64,000 nt of DNA from Bacteroidales bacterium (GTDB lineage: Bacteria > Bacteroidota > Bacteroidia > Bacteroidales > UBA4417), in the NCBI GenBank assembly GCA_030654075.1, contig JAURYB010000005.1, positions 8,732 to 72,731 on the forward strand, given 5' to 3'. Below the pieces are notes generated by a model, which saw nothing but the letters and a program-made list of their open reading frames with translations, searched no databases and was not told the origin of the DNA. Shown here piece by piece: positions 29,089-39,021 of the stretch (positions are counted from its first letter, which is position 1; each line of letters opens with the position of its first letter). The translations under genes were made by a program, and so were the position numbers.

Positions 29089-30081
29089 TTATTTTTTTTT
29101 AATAATCAATCCTGCCAGGTCTTCCGGTTTGATTGAATTCATGATTACGTCGCCAAAAATCGGGTATCCGTTGTATTTGAAGAAATCATCCGTTTCTGCC
29201 TGACTTCTTTCAGGGTAATAGAATGACATAATCTGTATGGCAGTCGGCGGCAGCGAGCGATCCCAATAGCCTGGATTAAAACGCATAATCTTTCCGCCTT
29301 CTTCCTTATCCTTATCCTCCATTTCAGGGTGAACACCGAGTGCGAACAGTTTTTCGTTGCCTGAATAAGCGAAAGCATTCAGTTCATCTTCAGTCAGTTT
29401 GGCTATCTCTTCCTTCAAATAGGGCAATAGATGAACCTCAATAAGGCTGTAATAAGCTACTTTCATTTCGGCTACTTCTCTTACTGTTACAGGAATCCAG
29501 AAAGGTGGCCGGTCAGGATTAAAAACGATGAGGTTTGGCCCGTATAAGCGGACTCCGGGTGCTATTTCCCGCTTAAACGGGAAAATTATAAAAAGGTCAT
29601 TTAAATCGGCGGCAGCCTTATTGAGTGGCTTTTCGAGCGAAGGAGGATCTTTTGTATTGTCAAAATCAACATATTGAGTCAGCCGGGGATGACCTTCTTC
29701 GGTATTATTGATTTCGAAACTCCAATGTGGTGGCTCAACAGTCCATTTGCCGCCCTTGCTGCTAAATAACTGGAAATTAAAATTTAATTCCCCGCGTCGG
29801 CCATAATTGCAAGGCTGCAGGCTGTATTTATCGTTCCAATACCCTGATAAATCCACTTCCAGGTCAAATCCTTTCGGGTTGGCCATAATCGGAACTTTTT
29901 GGTGGAACCACTCTGCCAGTGTTTTAACATTCTGGTGAAAAGCATCACCACTGGTAAATGAATAAGTATTAAGCACCCATTTGCCTGGTTTATCAGGAAG
30001 ATATTCGGAAGATTTTTGCGCCTTTGGCAAAAAAGGCAAAAGAAAGAATAACGCAAACAGGATTTTTAGTTTTTGAGACAT
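29089..30081 (-). CDS. Secreted protein, paralog family A (A6)
   Basis: Signal peptide; AEWFHQKVPIMANPKGFD, VFNPDRPPFWIPVT, MRFNPGYWDRSLPPTAIQ. 29 nt downstream of B1. Confidence 0.7.
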   Translation of the reverse strand: MSQKLKILFALFFLLPFLPKAQKSSEYLPDKPGKWVLNTYSFTSGDAFHQNVKTLAEWFHQKVPIMANPKGFDLEVDLSGYWNDKYSLQPCNYGRRGELNFNFQLFSSKGGKWTVEPPHWSFEINNTEEGHPRLTQYVDFDNTKDPPSLEKPLNKAAADLNDLFIIFPFKREIAPGVRLYGPNLIVFNPDRPPFWIPVTVREVAEMKVAYYSLIEVHLLPYLKEEIAKLTEDELNAFAYSGNEKLFALGVHPEMEDKDKEEGGKIMRFNPGYWDRSLPPTAIQIMSFYYPERSQAETDDFFKYNGYPIFGDVIMNSIKPEDLAGLIIKKK

Positions 30082-30110
30082 ATCTGGTTTTTTGAAAATT
30101 TGAAAATTCT

Positions 30111-31247
30111 TTAATCCCTTTTTAAATCAAAATCATACGTGATAACAGATTTTTCTTTGGTTACCGGATCTATAGTCGTAACGGTACCTTTATGGCTGAG
30201 AACTTTGTCCAGCGAAGTTCCGGGAAAAGGTCCAAAAGTCGTTTCCTTCAAACCCACGTCTGCTTTTTTATCAATGCTAACGGGAGGAGGACTTTGATTA
30301 TCACAGGTTCCTTCAGCCTTTTTTTCGGTTCTCAGTTTGAGATCTCCTTTTCGGGAAGCAGCTTTCACTTTTAATGTATAGGTTCCGTTATCAAAAAATG
30401 TGATTTCAGCTCGGGCATCTTCAATCTGTTGATTATCGGCAACACTTTCGTTGGAAAGTCCTTCAACTTTTGCGGTTTTCAGCACTGTTTCCTTATACAA
30501 TCGTGAGCCCTGCCGGCCTGAAGGACAAATGTAGCAGTCGTTATGTTCTTCCTTTTCGGTTTCTTCCTGTAAAGTATATGTAACTGAACCAATTACACGG
30601 TTTTTACTTGTTTTATTCAGTTTCCAGTTTGCATCGCTGGTATTATTTATAGTAACATCCGATTTATATAATCCATCCAGGCCGTTGCAATAAACGGTGT
30701 AAGATTCGGTTTTCTTATCGGTGAGTTCGGTTTTAACCACTACATTCATTGGCCCTTTAAACGGACATATTTCATATTTTTTTAAACCTTCGACCAACTC
30801 TTTAGAAACCTTTTCTACTGCCTGAATCCCAGCTTTTCCATCAATACCGCTTGCCGTTGAGCGTGAAATAACTCTTGATGTTCGTGTATCTGTACAGAAT
30901 GCGGTAATCAAGGCTGTATTGCCCAAAATCTTAATATTCAGGCTCACCAGATAATCACTTCCCATTGCCTCACCAATATGAGATATCTCATCATAATCAC
31001 CAACACCCAACAACTGCTTTTGCTTTTCATGTTCAAGAAGAGTCACAACAGCAGTATTACTCAAAGTTTCGACACATGGAAATTCTTCTTTCAGCGCATT
31101 GGCAAATTCTGATTCAAACAATCCGATATATCCGGTTGCTGCCTGGTTATTACAGGAAATTATAATATAAAACATTGGATTTTTTGCAGTTGCCAATCCT
31201 GAACCTATCAATAAAAAGAACAACATAATTAGTATAGGCTTTCTCAT
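30111..31247 (-). CDS. Secreted protein, paralog family B (B1), module 1
   Basis: Signal peptide; EFPCVETL, EKQKQLLGVGD, SDYLVSLNI, YEICPFKGP, CYICPSG, EGTCDN, FGPFPGTSLDKVL. Its ATG overlaps the C1 stop (ATGA). Confidence 0.7.
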   Translation of the reverse strand: MRKPILIMLFFLLIGSGLATAKNPMFYIIISCNNQAATGYIGLFESEFANALKEEFPCVETLSNTAVVTLLEHEKQKQLLGVGDYDEISHIGEAMGSDYLVSLNIKILGNTALITAFCTDTRTSRVISRSTASGIDGKAGIQAVEKVSKELVEGLKKYEICPFKGPMNVVVKTELTDKKTESYTVYCNGLDGLYKSDVTINNTSDANWKLNKTSKNRVIGSVTYTLQEETEKEEHNDCYICPSGRQGSRLYKETVLKTAKVEGLSNESVADNQQIEDARAEITFFDNGTYTLKVKAASRKGDLKLRTEKKAEGTCDNQSPPPVSIDKKADVGLKETTFGPFPGTSLDKVLSHKGTVTTIDPVTKEKSVITYDFDLKRD

Positions 31248-32125
31248 TTGAGTAGGATTTTACAGTTTGGCAATTGTTGTTTGATTCTGCTTAGCTCCAG
31301 GTCCGCAATAGAGGTTTTAGCTATTCCAAGCGTATCCAGGTTTGCCATCATATTGATGGTTGGGGTCAGAACAGAAATAGGATTCATATCAACGTAAAGT
31401 TTTTTTAATGATACTAATGTGTTGAACTCAGGGGGCAGCTGGCTGATTTTGTTGTTGTAAAGAGCAAGAAAATTCAGGTCATGAAAATTACTGATTGTCT
31501 TGGGCACCTTAGTTACAAAACTTTTAAAATTAATGATGTACAATTGTTGCAAAGGGTAATTTGCTGCTTTCGCGATTAGTGATTCCAGATCAACCGTTGC
31601 TCCGTTTTTCCCGCATGTAATTACCAGAATACTGATCGATTTATAATTTTCCATTTGATCAATCAGTAGTTGAACAGTGGGAGAAGACATATCGATGCAT
31701 AAAAAAGTCATCTCTTCGAGAACTCCTTTGCCTTTTAATTTATTCGATTCTTCCTGCCTGTATTCATCCTTAATCTGCTCGCGAACCGGCTCTGCAAGAA
31801 ATACATCAGCTCCTTTTCCACCGGCCGCGCTTTTCATTACCTGCCCCCAGGAATCCATTTTATCATCTGCTGCATCTTTTTTAGCTTGTTCGACCTCGTC
31901 TTTCGACTGATTTTTCGGCTGTTCTCCCTGGGGATTACCGGTCATCATCAGTTGTTTCGAGAGTTCTTTAATCTGCTCATTGGCTTTTTTAGCAGCTGCG
32001 GCATCTTCCCAGTTGGTTGTTGACCGTATCTGGGCCATCTTTTTCTTAATGGCAGCCGCATCCTGCTGTGCAAGGGCATTACAGGCGAGAGCTATCAGAA
32101 GTATAAAAAGTGTGAAAAATTTCAT
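31244..32125 (-). CDS. Secreted leucine-rich-repeat protein, paralog family C (C1), module 1
   Basis: Start set at ATG 32125 (MKFFTLFILLIALACNALAQ). N-terminal IRSTTNWEDAAAAKKANEQIK. C-terminal LRRs LNFLALYNNKISQLPPEF..LKKLYVDMNPIS. Ends QQLPNCKILLK. Confidence 0.75.
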   Translation of the reverse strand: MKFFTLFILLIALACNALAQQDAAAIKKKMAQIRSTTNWEDAAAAKKANEQIKELSKQLMMTGNPQGEQPKNQSKDEVEQAKKDAADDKMDSWGQVMKSAAGGKGADVFLAEPVREQIKDEYRQEESNKLKGKGVLEEMTFLCIDMSSPTVQLLIDQMENYKSISILVITCGKNGATVDLESLIAKAANYPLQQLYIINFKSFVTKVPKTISNFHDLNFLALYNNKISQLPPEFNTLVSLKKLYVDMNPISVLTPTINMMANLDTLGIAKTSIADLELSRIKQQLPNCKILLK

Positions 32126-32208
32126 AGTCCGGAATATCAGTTTAATTCTCAAACAGCCAATAAATTATACTGCATTATTAAAGGAAGGATGATCTTAAAA
32201 ACCTCTTT

Positions 32209-33156
32209 TTACGGCAATTCTTCCAGGTGAACCATATAGTCCATTAATGCTTCAAGGTACTTCAGGCCAGGTTCTGAAATCTCTTTTTTAGAGCCGGATG
32301 TAGCGCTGGCAAGCTCATTTTCAAGTACATCCATGCGGTTATAATCATCGCCTAAAGCAACAATGGTATTAAATCTTTCCAGTAGAATGGTGTTGTATTT
32401 TGGCGTGAGAAAACCGCAATAGATCTGATAGCAGGTTTCTTTTTGTAGTTTGATAGATTCATAATATTCATCTCCCAAGGTATGGTTTTCTTTATTTGCA
32501 AATTCCCTGTCGATCTTCGCTATACAAGTATCACATTCAACTTTGGTCTTTGCCTTTAGTTTGTTAAATTCAATGAGTTGTTCGTCAAATTTTTGAGACT
32601 TTAATTGTATTTTTTGAGCAAGCTGGCTTTGTTCCATCGCCATTTCGGACATGCTCATGTTATTCTTTTGCGCTGCTTTATTCTTATCCGGATTAGCCTG
32701 GGCATCGGCCATCATTTCAGTTGACATAGCTTCGCCATAGGCAGTCTGGCCTTCCTTACTCATTTTACTTGCTTTTTTAGCTTCATCAACCGGCATATTC
32801 ATATTCTGATTCATCATTGCCATAGCCATAGCCTGTTTTTCTTCTTTAGTGGCGTTTTTCATTTTTTGCATATCGGCATTAGAAACAGGAATCCCAGCCT
32901 GGTTCGACATGTTTTTTGCAGCCTGTTCATCAAATCCCGCCTGGCCTTTTTTAGAATCAGTCTTCCTGCGCGTGATTTCCTCAGCCACTTCAGCTTTTAA
33001 TTTGTCCACTTTCTTTAGAAATTGCTCCCTGATTTCCTTTTTACAGACATTGATTGTAATAACAGGCATTTCTATAACCACGAGTTCGGGATTTGTTTGC
33101 GCCTGAATTGCTATTGTAGCTATTAAGAAAAATAAAATTGTGATGGGTACTTTCAT
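32209..33156 (-). CDS. Secreted Met/Gln/Lys-rich coiled-coil protein, paralog family D (D1), module 1
   Basis: Signal peptide MKVPITILFFLIATIAIQAQ. Met-rich runs (QAMAMAMMNQNMNMP, NNMSMSEMAMEQ). Cys-containing C-terminal region shared with D2 and D3. Confidence 0.65.
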   Translation of the reverse strand: MKVPITILFFLIATIAIQAQTNPELVVIEMPVITINVCKKEIREQFLKKVDKLKAEVAEEITRRKTDSKKGQAGFDEQAAKNMSNQAGIPVSNADMQKMKNATKEEKQAMAMAMMNQNMNMPVDEAKKASKMSKEGQTAYGEAMSTEMMADAQANPDKNKAAQKNNMSMSEMAMEQSQLAQKIQLKSQKFDEQLIEFNKLKAKTKVECDTCIAKIDREFANKENHTLGDEYYESIKLQKETCYQIYCGFLTPKYNTILLERFNTIVALGDDYNRMDVLENELASATSGSKKEISEPGLKYLEALMDYMVHLEELP

Positions 33157-33546
33157 GATAATTGGTTTTAGTATTTGTTTTCCATGATGAATATAAATTG
33201 CTATAAATGATCAGCCTGATTTTTCTTTGTTTCAAACTTTCCGCTTCATAATTCTTTGGTTAAAAAAAAGCAGGAAGATCCAACGCAGCATTTTTCGCAT
33301 GATCCCCTACCCCGGATTCCTTTTTAAATTTGTTTTTTGCGCCATTGTTTAAAATTTTCATGTTGTCATAGTTACAACTATCAGATGAAGTAATATATAC
33401 AGAGGTTTTTCCTTTAACACTAGAAAAGCAGTATCATGGAAGCCATGTAGGCAATAGAAAGGAGGTTGCTTGTTTTCATTTTGCTTGAGTTGGATTAGTA
33501 GTAGTAGTTTGTAAAGAAAATCTTTGCCTGAGGTTTCAATAGCAGA

Positions 33547-34701
33547 TCATTTTCTTGTTAATGTAAAATCAATGGTAATTGTTGATTTCTCGTTTGTTGA
33601 CGGGTCGGTTGTTTCTTTGGTATCGGTTTGCCGTAAAACTTCATCTGTTGACTTGCCCGGATAAGGCCCAAAGATTACTTTCAATGGAATGGTAACTTCC
33701 CGGGGAGCTATTTTTGTTTCCTGAGGCTTATTGTCGCAGGTGCCTTCAGCTCCGGAAACTACTTTTTCTTCGCCGGGTGCCGGGTTTGATGTGCCCTGGG
33801 CAATCACATAATAGGTGCTGTCATCCAAAAACCTGAGATCAATACGGGCATCATCCTGCGGTTTTCCATTGCGAATGCTATACTGTGAGATTCCACTGCC
33901 TTTTACTTTCATTGAACTTGTCTCAGAATAGGTGCGTCCGCCTTCCCTCCCTGATTTGCATTTGTAGCAGCCATTTTCTTCTATCATTTTCGATTCCTCA
34001 GACCAGTTGAATGTCATGGTTCCTTCAGCATAAAACACTCTTAATCCTTCCGCATTGAGAAGATGTTTCCTTTGAAGTTTCCATTCACTGTAAGTGGTGT
34101 TATGAATTACCATTTCCTGATGGAACTGTTGATCTGACTCATTGCAATACACGCCATAATCGACTTTATTTGTTGAATCAAGTTCTGAATTAATTGTAAT
34201 CGAAACAGGACCAACGAACGGGCATATTTCGTATTGTTTAAGTCCTTCTGTCAACTGTTGTGCAACTTTATCCATAGTTTTCAGAACATTTCCGTCCTGT
34301 GCAACCGATGATGCCCGGGATAATACTTTTGCAATTTTGGGATTTGCACAGAAAGCAACTATGGTAGCAACATTATTCTTCATACGAATATTCAGGCTTA
34401 TCAGGTAGTCGCAAATCATCGACTCCCCGATATTTTCGACTGCATTTTCCTTTCCTACTCCCAGCAATTGACGTTCTTTTTCGCGACCGAGCATTGCAGC
34501 AACGTTTGAGGCTGTTTGAATGGATGCACATGAGTAATTCTCTTTAATTAGCTCAATTACATTTCTTTGAAAATCATCCATGTATGTTTGCTCCAACTCA
34601 TTGGTTGTAGAGGTGGTTATATAAAACCTGGCATTTACAGCATTTGCAAATTCTGCTCCTGTCACGAGTAAAAGCAACAGTATAATAGTTGTGGTTCTCA
34701 T
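33547..34701 (-). CDS. Secreted protein, paralog family B (B2), module 2
   Basis: Signal peptide; EKERQLLGVGK, CDYLISLNI, YEICPFVGP, CYKCKSG, EGTCDN, FGPYPGKSTDEVL. Start overlaps the C2 stop by 1 nt (TAATG). Confidence 0.7.
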   Translation of the reverse strand: MRTTTIILLLLLVTGAEFANAVNARFYITTSTTNELEQTYMDDFQRNVIELIKENYSCASIQTASNVAAMLGREKERQLLGVGKENAVENIGESMICDYLISLNIRMKNNVATIVAFCANPKIAKVLSRASSVAQDGNVLKTMDKVAQQLTEGLKQYEICPFVGPVSITINSELDSTNKVDYGVYCNESDQQFHQEMVIHNTTYSEWKLQRKHLLNAEGLRVFYAEGTMTFNWSEESKMIEENGCYKCKSGREGGRTYSETSSMKVKGSGISQYSIRNGKPQDDARIDLRFLDDSTYYVIAQGTSNPAPGEEKVVSGAEGTCDNKPQETKIAPREVTIPLKVIFGPYPGKSTDEVLRQTDTKETTDPSTNEKSTITIDFTLTRK

Positions 34702-35609
34702 TACTGTACAATTTTGCAGTTTGGTAACTGTTGTTTAATTCTGTTAATTTCATCGGTTGTAATCTGTGTTTTTGCAATACCAAGCGTATCCAGCTTATTC
34801 AGTGTATTGATCGTGGGCAGCAAAGCAATAACAGGATTCATTTCGATGTAGAGTGATTTTAATTGAGAGATTGAGCTGATTTCTGCTGGCAGCTGGTTGA
34901 TTTTGTTATTATAAAGTGCCAGAAAATTCAACTCACGAAAATTACCGATAGCTTTGGGAACCTTGGTTACAAAATCCTTAAAATTAATGATGTACAATTG
35001 TTGCAAGGGGTAATGTGCCGCTTTGGCAAACAGGTTTTCGAGATTGACAGCTGCGCCGTTTTTCCCTCCGGTAATGACCAGGGTTTTTATCGATCTGTAA
35101 TTCTCCATTTGGTCGATGACTAACTGAACAGTTGCCGACGACATATCAATGTACAATAAAGTCATTTCATTAAGGTATTCCCGATTTTTCACAGTCGGGT
35201 TTTCGTCTTCCTTATATTCCTCCGCAATCTGTTCCCTGAGCGGTTCGGCCAAATCCATTTTACCCTCGTCTCCTTCGCGAACGATTTTCATCATCTGGCT
35301 CGATAATTGAGTGCTGTAATCATCCATTTCCTGCTGCATTTCGGTTTTTCCCTCAGGAGTATTACCTTCTTGCAGTTGTTGAGCGGGAGCTTTGCTGTTG
35401 CGAATGGCCTGTGTAAGTTTAGCCGCTAATCCTTCAAGCTTTACATTGGCTTCTTTAGCAGCTGCAGGATCGTTCCAGTTGGTCGACCGCCGTATTGCAG
35501 CCATTTGCTGCTTTATCTGTGCGGCTTCATTGTTGGCGTTTTGGGCCAGCAACATCATATTTAGCACGAGGAAAACGAAAAGTAGAAAGAAGCGTTTCAT
35601 AAATGACAA
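34701..35609 (-). CDS. Secreted leucine-rich-repeat protein, paralog family C (C2), module 2
   Basis: Signal peptide; IRRSTNWNDPAAAKEANVK; LRRs LNFLALYNNKINQLPAE. Ends QQLPNCKIVQ. 71 of 102 C-terminal residues are identical to C1 by hand count. Confidence 0.75.
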   Translation of the reverse strand: MSFMKRFFLLFVFLVLNMMLLAQNANNEAAQIKQQMAAIRRSTNWNDPAAAKEANVKLEGLAAKLTQAIRNSKAPAQQLQEGNTPEGKTEMQQEMDDYSTQLSSQMMKIVREGDEGKMDLAEPLREQIAEEYKEDENPTVKNREYLNEMTLLYIDMSSATVQLVIDQMENYRSIKTLVITGGKNGAAVNLENLFAKAAHYPLQQLYIINFKDFVTKVPKAIGNFRELNFLALYNNKINQLPAEISSISQLKSLYIEMNPVIALLPTINTLNKLDTLGIAKTQITTDEINRIKQQLPNCKIVQ

Positions 35610-35611
35610 TT

Positions 35612-36652
35612 TTAGCCGATCGTTAAGTCTTCAGGTCCATACAGGTTATACTTGTAAGCACTCCTGAGCCGATTTATAAAACCTGAAACATTGCCCAATC
35701 CCATTTGACCGGGTTCAGGACTGTTGTTAACTCCGGTTTGCATTTTCATCACCTCGTTTGTTAATTTTTCAAGACGATAATATGCCGGCATAGATGATTG
35801 GATAAACGATTTGTATTCGTCAAGCACACTAATATACTTAGGAGTTTGTACATTACAGTAGTTTACCTTTGCTAAATACATCTCACTTCGCAATGCAACA
35901 AGTATTTGTTGATCAGGACCCCTTCCAGCTTTCGCGGTTTCGTTATAAAGATCAGCAATCTTCTCCCTTATTCCCTCAATTATGGCCAATAAATTTTTCC
36001 CTTCCTCATCTTCATCTATTTCTGCGAACTTTTGCATATATTTATTTTGTTGCGCATTCAGGCTATCCGTGAGTTGTTTATACTTTTTTTGCAGGTTGTG
36101 TTTTTGCATTTCTTTCGCATTCTGATCCTTGTATTTCTGAGGATCTGCATTCACTTCTGCCTGCGCTTCTACAGCATAGCCGGTTGCCCAGGCTCTCTGT
36201 CCCGCCGAATCCGCGGTTTTCAGGTTATCAAGCTCCGCAACCGAAATATTCATCTTTTGCTGAATCATTTGATCGGTAATGGCTTTTCTTTGAGCTTCAT
36301 AGGCTTTCGCCTGTTCACCGGTGGCTCCTTTGCTCTGTTTTTCGAGTGCCATTAATTGTTGAATTAATTCAGGAGAAATACCGGATGTTTTGACCGTATT
36401 GAACATTACCTGCTGATTCTTGGCATCCGATTCCGCATCATTATTTTCGCTTCTGCGGTCCAGTTCGTTTTGCAATAACTCACTAATCTCATCAAGTTTG
36501 GCGATGAATTCATCTTCTTCCTGCTTATTATCATCGCTGCAAATGTTTCCGGGAACTGAAGGAAGCATGCCCATAAATGCTTCGGGCCGGACCTGCGCAT
36601 CGATTACTGTCCAGAAAAGCAGAAATACTGTGATTGAAAATACCTTTTTCAT
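35612..36652 (-). CDS. Secreted coiled-coil protein, paralog family D (D2), module 2
   Basis: Signal peptide MKKVFSITVFLLFWTVIDAQ. Gln/Lys/Ala-rich helical body with DQMIQQKMNISVAELDNL. Its stop lies 2 nt before the C2 start. Confidence 0.65.
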   Translation of the reverse strand: MKKVFSITVFLLFWTVIDAQVRPEAFMGMLPSVPGNICSDDNKQEEDEFIAKLDEISELLQNELDRRSENNDAESDAKNQQVMFNTVKTSGISPELIQQLMALEKQSKGATGEQAKAYEAQRKAITDQMIQQKMNISVAELDNLKTADSAGQRAWATGYAVEAQAEVNADPQKYKDQNAKEMQKHNLQKKYKQLTDSLNAQQNKYMQKFAEIDEDEEGKNLLAIIEGIREKIADLYNETAKAGRGPDQQILVALRSEMYLAKVNYCNVQTPKYISVLDEYKSFIQSSMPAYYRLEKLTNEVMKMQTGVNNSPEPGQMGLGNVSGFINRLRSAYKYNLYGPEDLTIG

Positions 36653-36665
36653 AATTTTTAGATTT

Positions 36666-36817
36666 GTAACTAATCAGTCTGATCAAAATGCGTTTTTGCC
36701 ACAGATTACACGGATTACACTGATTTCAATTAAAAATGATAAATAATTATCTGTGAAATCTGAGTAATCTGTGGCATATATTTGTTTTTCCTTACTTTAG
36801 TCAAACTGATTAGTTAC
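36666..36817. repeat. Nested GCCACAGATT palindromic element, copy 1
   Basis: Outer perfect 13-bp inverted repeat GTAACTAATCAGT (36666-36678) / ACTGATTAGTTAC (36805-36817). Inner arms GCCACAGATTACACGGATTACAC... / ...GAGTAATCTGTGGC (36698-36775). Lies between module 3 and module 2. Confidence 0.7.
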
Positions 36818-36914
36818 TTAGATTTTTATATTTAGTCCTTTTACAATAAACATTTCCTTTTTCAAGAGATTTCAGAAGGAAGATGAATCTTATCAAATCA
36901 GCGTAAAGCGAATA

Positions 36915-38039
36915 TTACTGTCGTGTAAGCGAGAAATTGATTTTTGCCGTTGCCTTCTCTTTTCCCTGCGACAGATCTTTGGTTTCATCCTGATTCAGCA
37001 CTTTGTCTTCAGCCGTTCCTTTGTAAGGCCCCAAAACAACTTTCAGAGGGACATCAATCTCGTTATTTCTGGGTTCTTCAGGTTCCTCATTTTTCCTGGC
37101 GGCACAGGGAGCATTGATTTTTTTATCGATAGTGGTTTTCATATTGCCTTTTTGCGAAGTGGCCTCAATTAAGATATTGTAAGTTCCGTCTTCCAAAAAC
37201 ACAATTTTTATACGGCAATCGGCTACTTTTTGGCCTTCTGAAACGCTTTCGTTTGACAAGCCACTGGCCTTTGCCTCAACATCCTTTTTTTCGTTGATCT
37301 GGGCAATTGTTTTTTGACCGTCGGGACAGATGTAGCAGGGATTGTTAATGGTTGTTTCAGTTTTTTCATTCATATCGTAGGTCACATTGCCATCACCTTT
37401 CCTAAGGCCGTTTTTGTTGAGTTTCCAGTTCAGATTCATTTTTGTTGTTATCCTGGTCTGGATTGCAATCATTCCGCCATCGCATGGAATTGAGCTGCTG
37501 GTTGTTTCTTCTTTTTCACTTTCAACTTCGATGGTGAGTTTACCTTCGTAAGCGCAGATTTCGTATTCTTTCAGTTGTTTTACAAGGTCTTTTGAAACTT
37601 TTTCAGCATTCTCAGATGCCTGGCCAATTGGTCCGTGTGCATCGGTGCGTGCAATAGTATTCGCCTTTTTTACGTCCATACAGAATGCTGAGAGGTAGAG
37701 CTGGTCACCAAGAACATCGGCTTTGAATTTAATCAGATAGTCGCTACCGATCGCCCCGGCAATATTCTGAAGTTGATTATCATCAATGGCACCTAGCAAC
37801 TGTCGCTTTCTTTCCCATCGCAGCATTTCGTATAGCGAACCCCTGTCAAGAATTTCAACACAGGGGAAGGCCTCCTTTAAATCATTAAACAATTTTGTTT
37901 CAAAGGCAATACAAATTGTTTTTGCATCAACCAAATTGCTTTTTGTCTCAGAAACAATAAATATTTTGGGGTTGGCCGCATTTACATTTCCAGCCAAAAT
38001 TCCGGAAATAAAAACGATGAGTAAAATGTATTGTTTCAT
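36915..38039 (-). CDS. Secreted protein, paralog family B (B3), module 3
   Basis: Start set at ATG 38039 (MKQYILLIVFISGILAGNVNA), giving an ATGA overlap with the C3 stop. Motifs ERKRQLLGAID, SDYLIKF, YEICAYEGK, CYICPDG, LGPYKGTAEDKVL. Confidence 0.7.
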   Translation of the reverse strand: MKQYILLIVFISGILAGNVNAANPKIFIVSETKSNLVDAKTICIAFETKLFNDLKEAFPCVEILDRGSLYEMLRWERKRQLLGAIDDNQLQNIAGAIGSDYLIKFKADVLGDQLYLSAFCMDVKKANTIARTDAHGPIGQASENAEKVSKDLVKQLKEYEICAYEGKLTIEVESEKEETTSSSIPCDGGMIAIQTRITTKMNLNWKLNKNGLRKGDGNVTYDMNEKTETTINNPCYICPDGQKTIAQINEKKDVEAKASGLSNESVSEGQKVADCRIKIVFLEDGTYNILIEATSQKGNMKTTIDKKINAPCAARKNEEPEEPRNNEIDVPLKVVLGPYKGTAEDKVLNQDETKDLSQGKEKATAKINFSLTRQ

Positions 38040-39016
38040 TGTTTTAGAATTATGCAATTTGGCAATGACTTTTTGATTTTATCTAATTCTACCTCAACTA
38101 TTTTTGTTTTTGCAACACCCAATGTATCCAGGCTGGTAAGTGTATTTATTACCGGGGTTATGGTTGAGATAGGATTGATGTCGAGGTACAGATTTTTCAG
38201 AGATGTGAGAGATCCGATTGCAAGTGGTAATTTTTCGATACTGTTGTTAAAAAGTCCTAGTTCGGTAAGTTTTTTGAAATTTACGATAGTCTCTGGAATT
38301 GATTTTACGTATTGTTTAAAATTGATAACATATAAAACTTCGAGTGGATAGTTTTTTGCCCTGTCGAATAAATCATTGAGATTAACTGGTGAACCATTTT
38401 TGCCGCCTACAATGATGAGGGTGCTTATGGATTTGTAGTTTTGCATCTGGTCAATAATTAGTTCGATAGTTTTCGTCGACATATCGAGGCATAAGGTTTT
38501 TGTTTCTTCCAGTGTAAGTTCGTTTGCTGCTGAACCAGTTTCATCTTCTTTAAATTCCGCTACAATTTCCTCCCGCAAAGGCTTGGCCAATAGAACCGGG
38601 GCGCTTTTCCCCGAAGCCCCTGCTTCCCAAAGTTGGGTGTACACATCTACCTTTTGTTTGCCCATTTCCATCTGAAGCTCGCTCATTTTATTGCCGTCGG
38701 AATTGCTGTTGCCTGATCCGTCCTGATTTTGACTTCCTGGTGATCCCTGACCGCTGGAGGAAGCTGAAGTTGCTGCAACAAGCTGGCCCATCAAAACCTT
38801 AATTTGTTCGTTGGCTTTTTTAGCTTCAGCGGGATTGTCCCAATTGGTCGTTTGGCGTATTTTAGCCATCTGCTGCCTGATTTCGGCAACTTTATTCTGA
38901 CTGGTATTTTGGCAGAACGCAGCATCTGAAATCAGGAAAAACATCGAGCACAAAACTATTTTCGATATGAAACATCGAAAGAGTGCTAAAATTCTTTTGT
39001 TCAGGGAGTTGTCCAT
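38036..39016 (-). CDS. Secreted leucine-rich-repeat protein, paralog family C (C3), module 3
   Basis: IRQTTNWDNPAEAKKANEQIK; Ser/Gly/Gln-rich linker; LRRs LTELGLFNNSIEKLPLAI..LKNLYLDINPIS. Ends KSLPNCIILKQ. Confidence 0.75.
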   Translation of the reverse strand: MDNSLNKRILALFRCFISKIVLCSMFFLISDAAFCQNTSQNKVAEIRQQMAKIRQTTNWDNPAEAKKANEQIKVLMGQLVAATSASSSGQGSPGSQNQDGSGNSNSDGNKMSELQMEMGKQKVDVYTQLWEAGASGKSAPVLLAKPLREEIVAEFKEDETGSAANELTLEETKTLCLDMSTKTIELIIDQMQNYKSISTLIIVGGKNGSPVNLNDLFDRAKNYPLEVLYVINFKQYVKSIPETIVNFKKLTELGLFNNSIEKLPLAIGSLTSLKNLYLDINPISTITPVINTLTSLDTLGVAKTKIVEVELDKIKKSLPNCIILKQ

Positions 39017-39021
39017 TTGTA

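Noticed and set aside
33157-33546. Short minus-strand ORFs (19 and 33 codons) in the 390-nt spacer between modules 1 and 2
   Set aside because: They are too short, have no conserved counterpart in the other module spacers, and carry no convincing signal. They are left unannotated.
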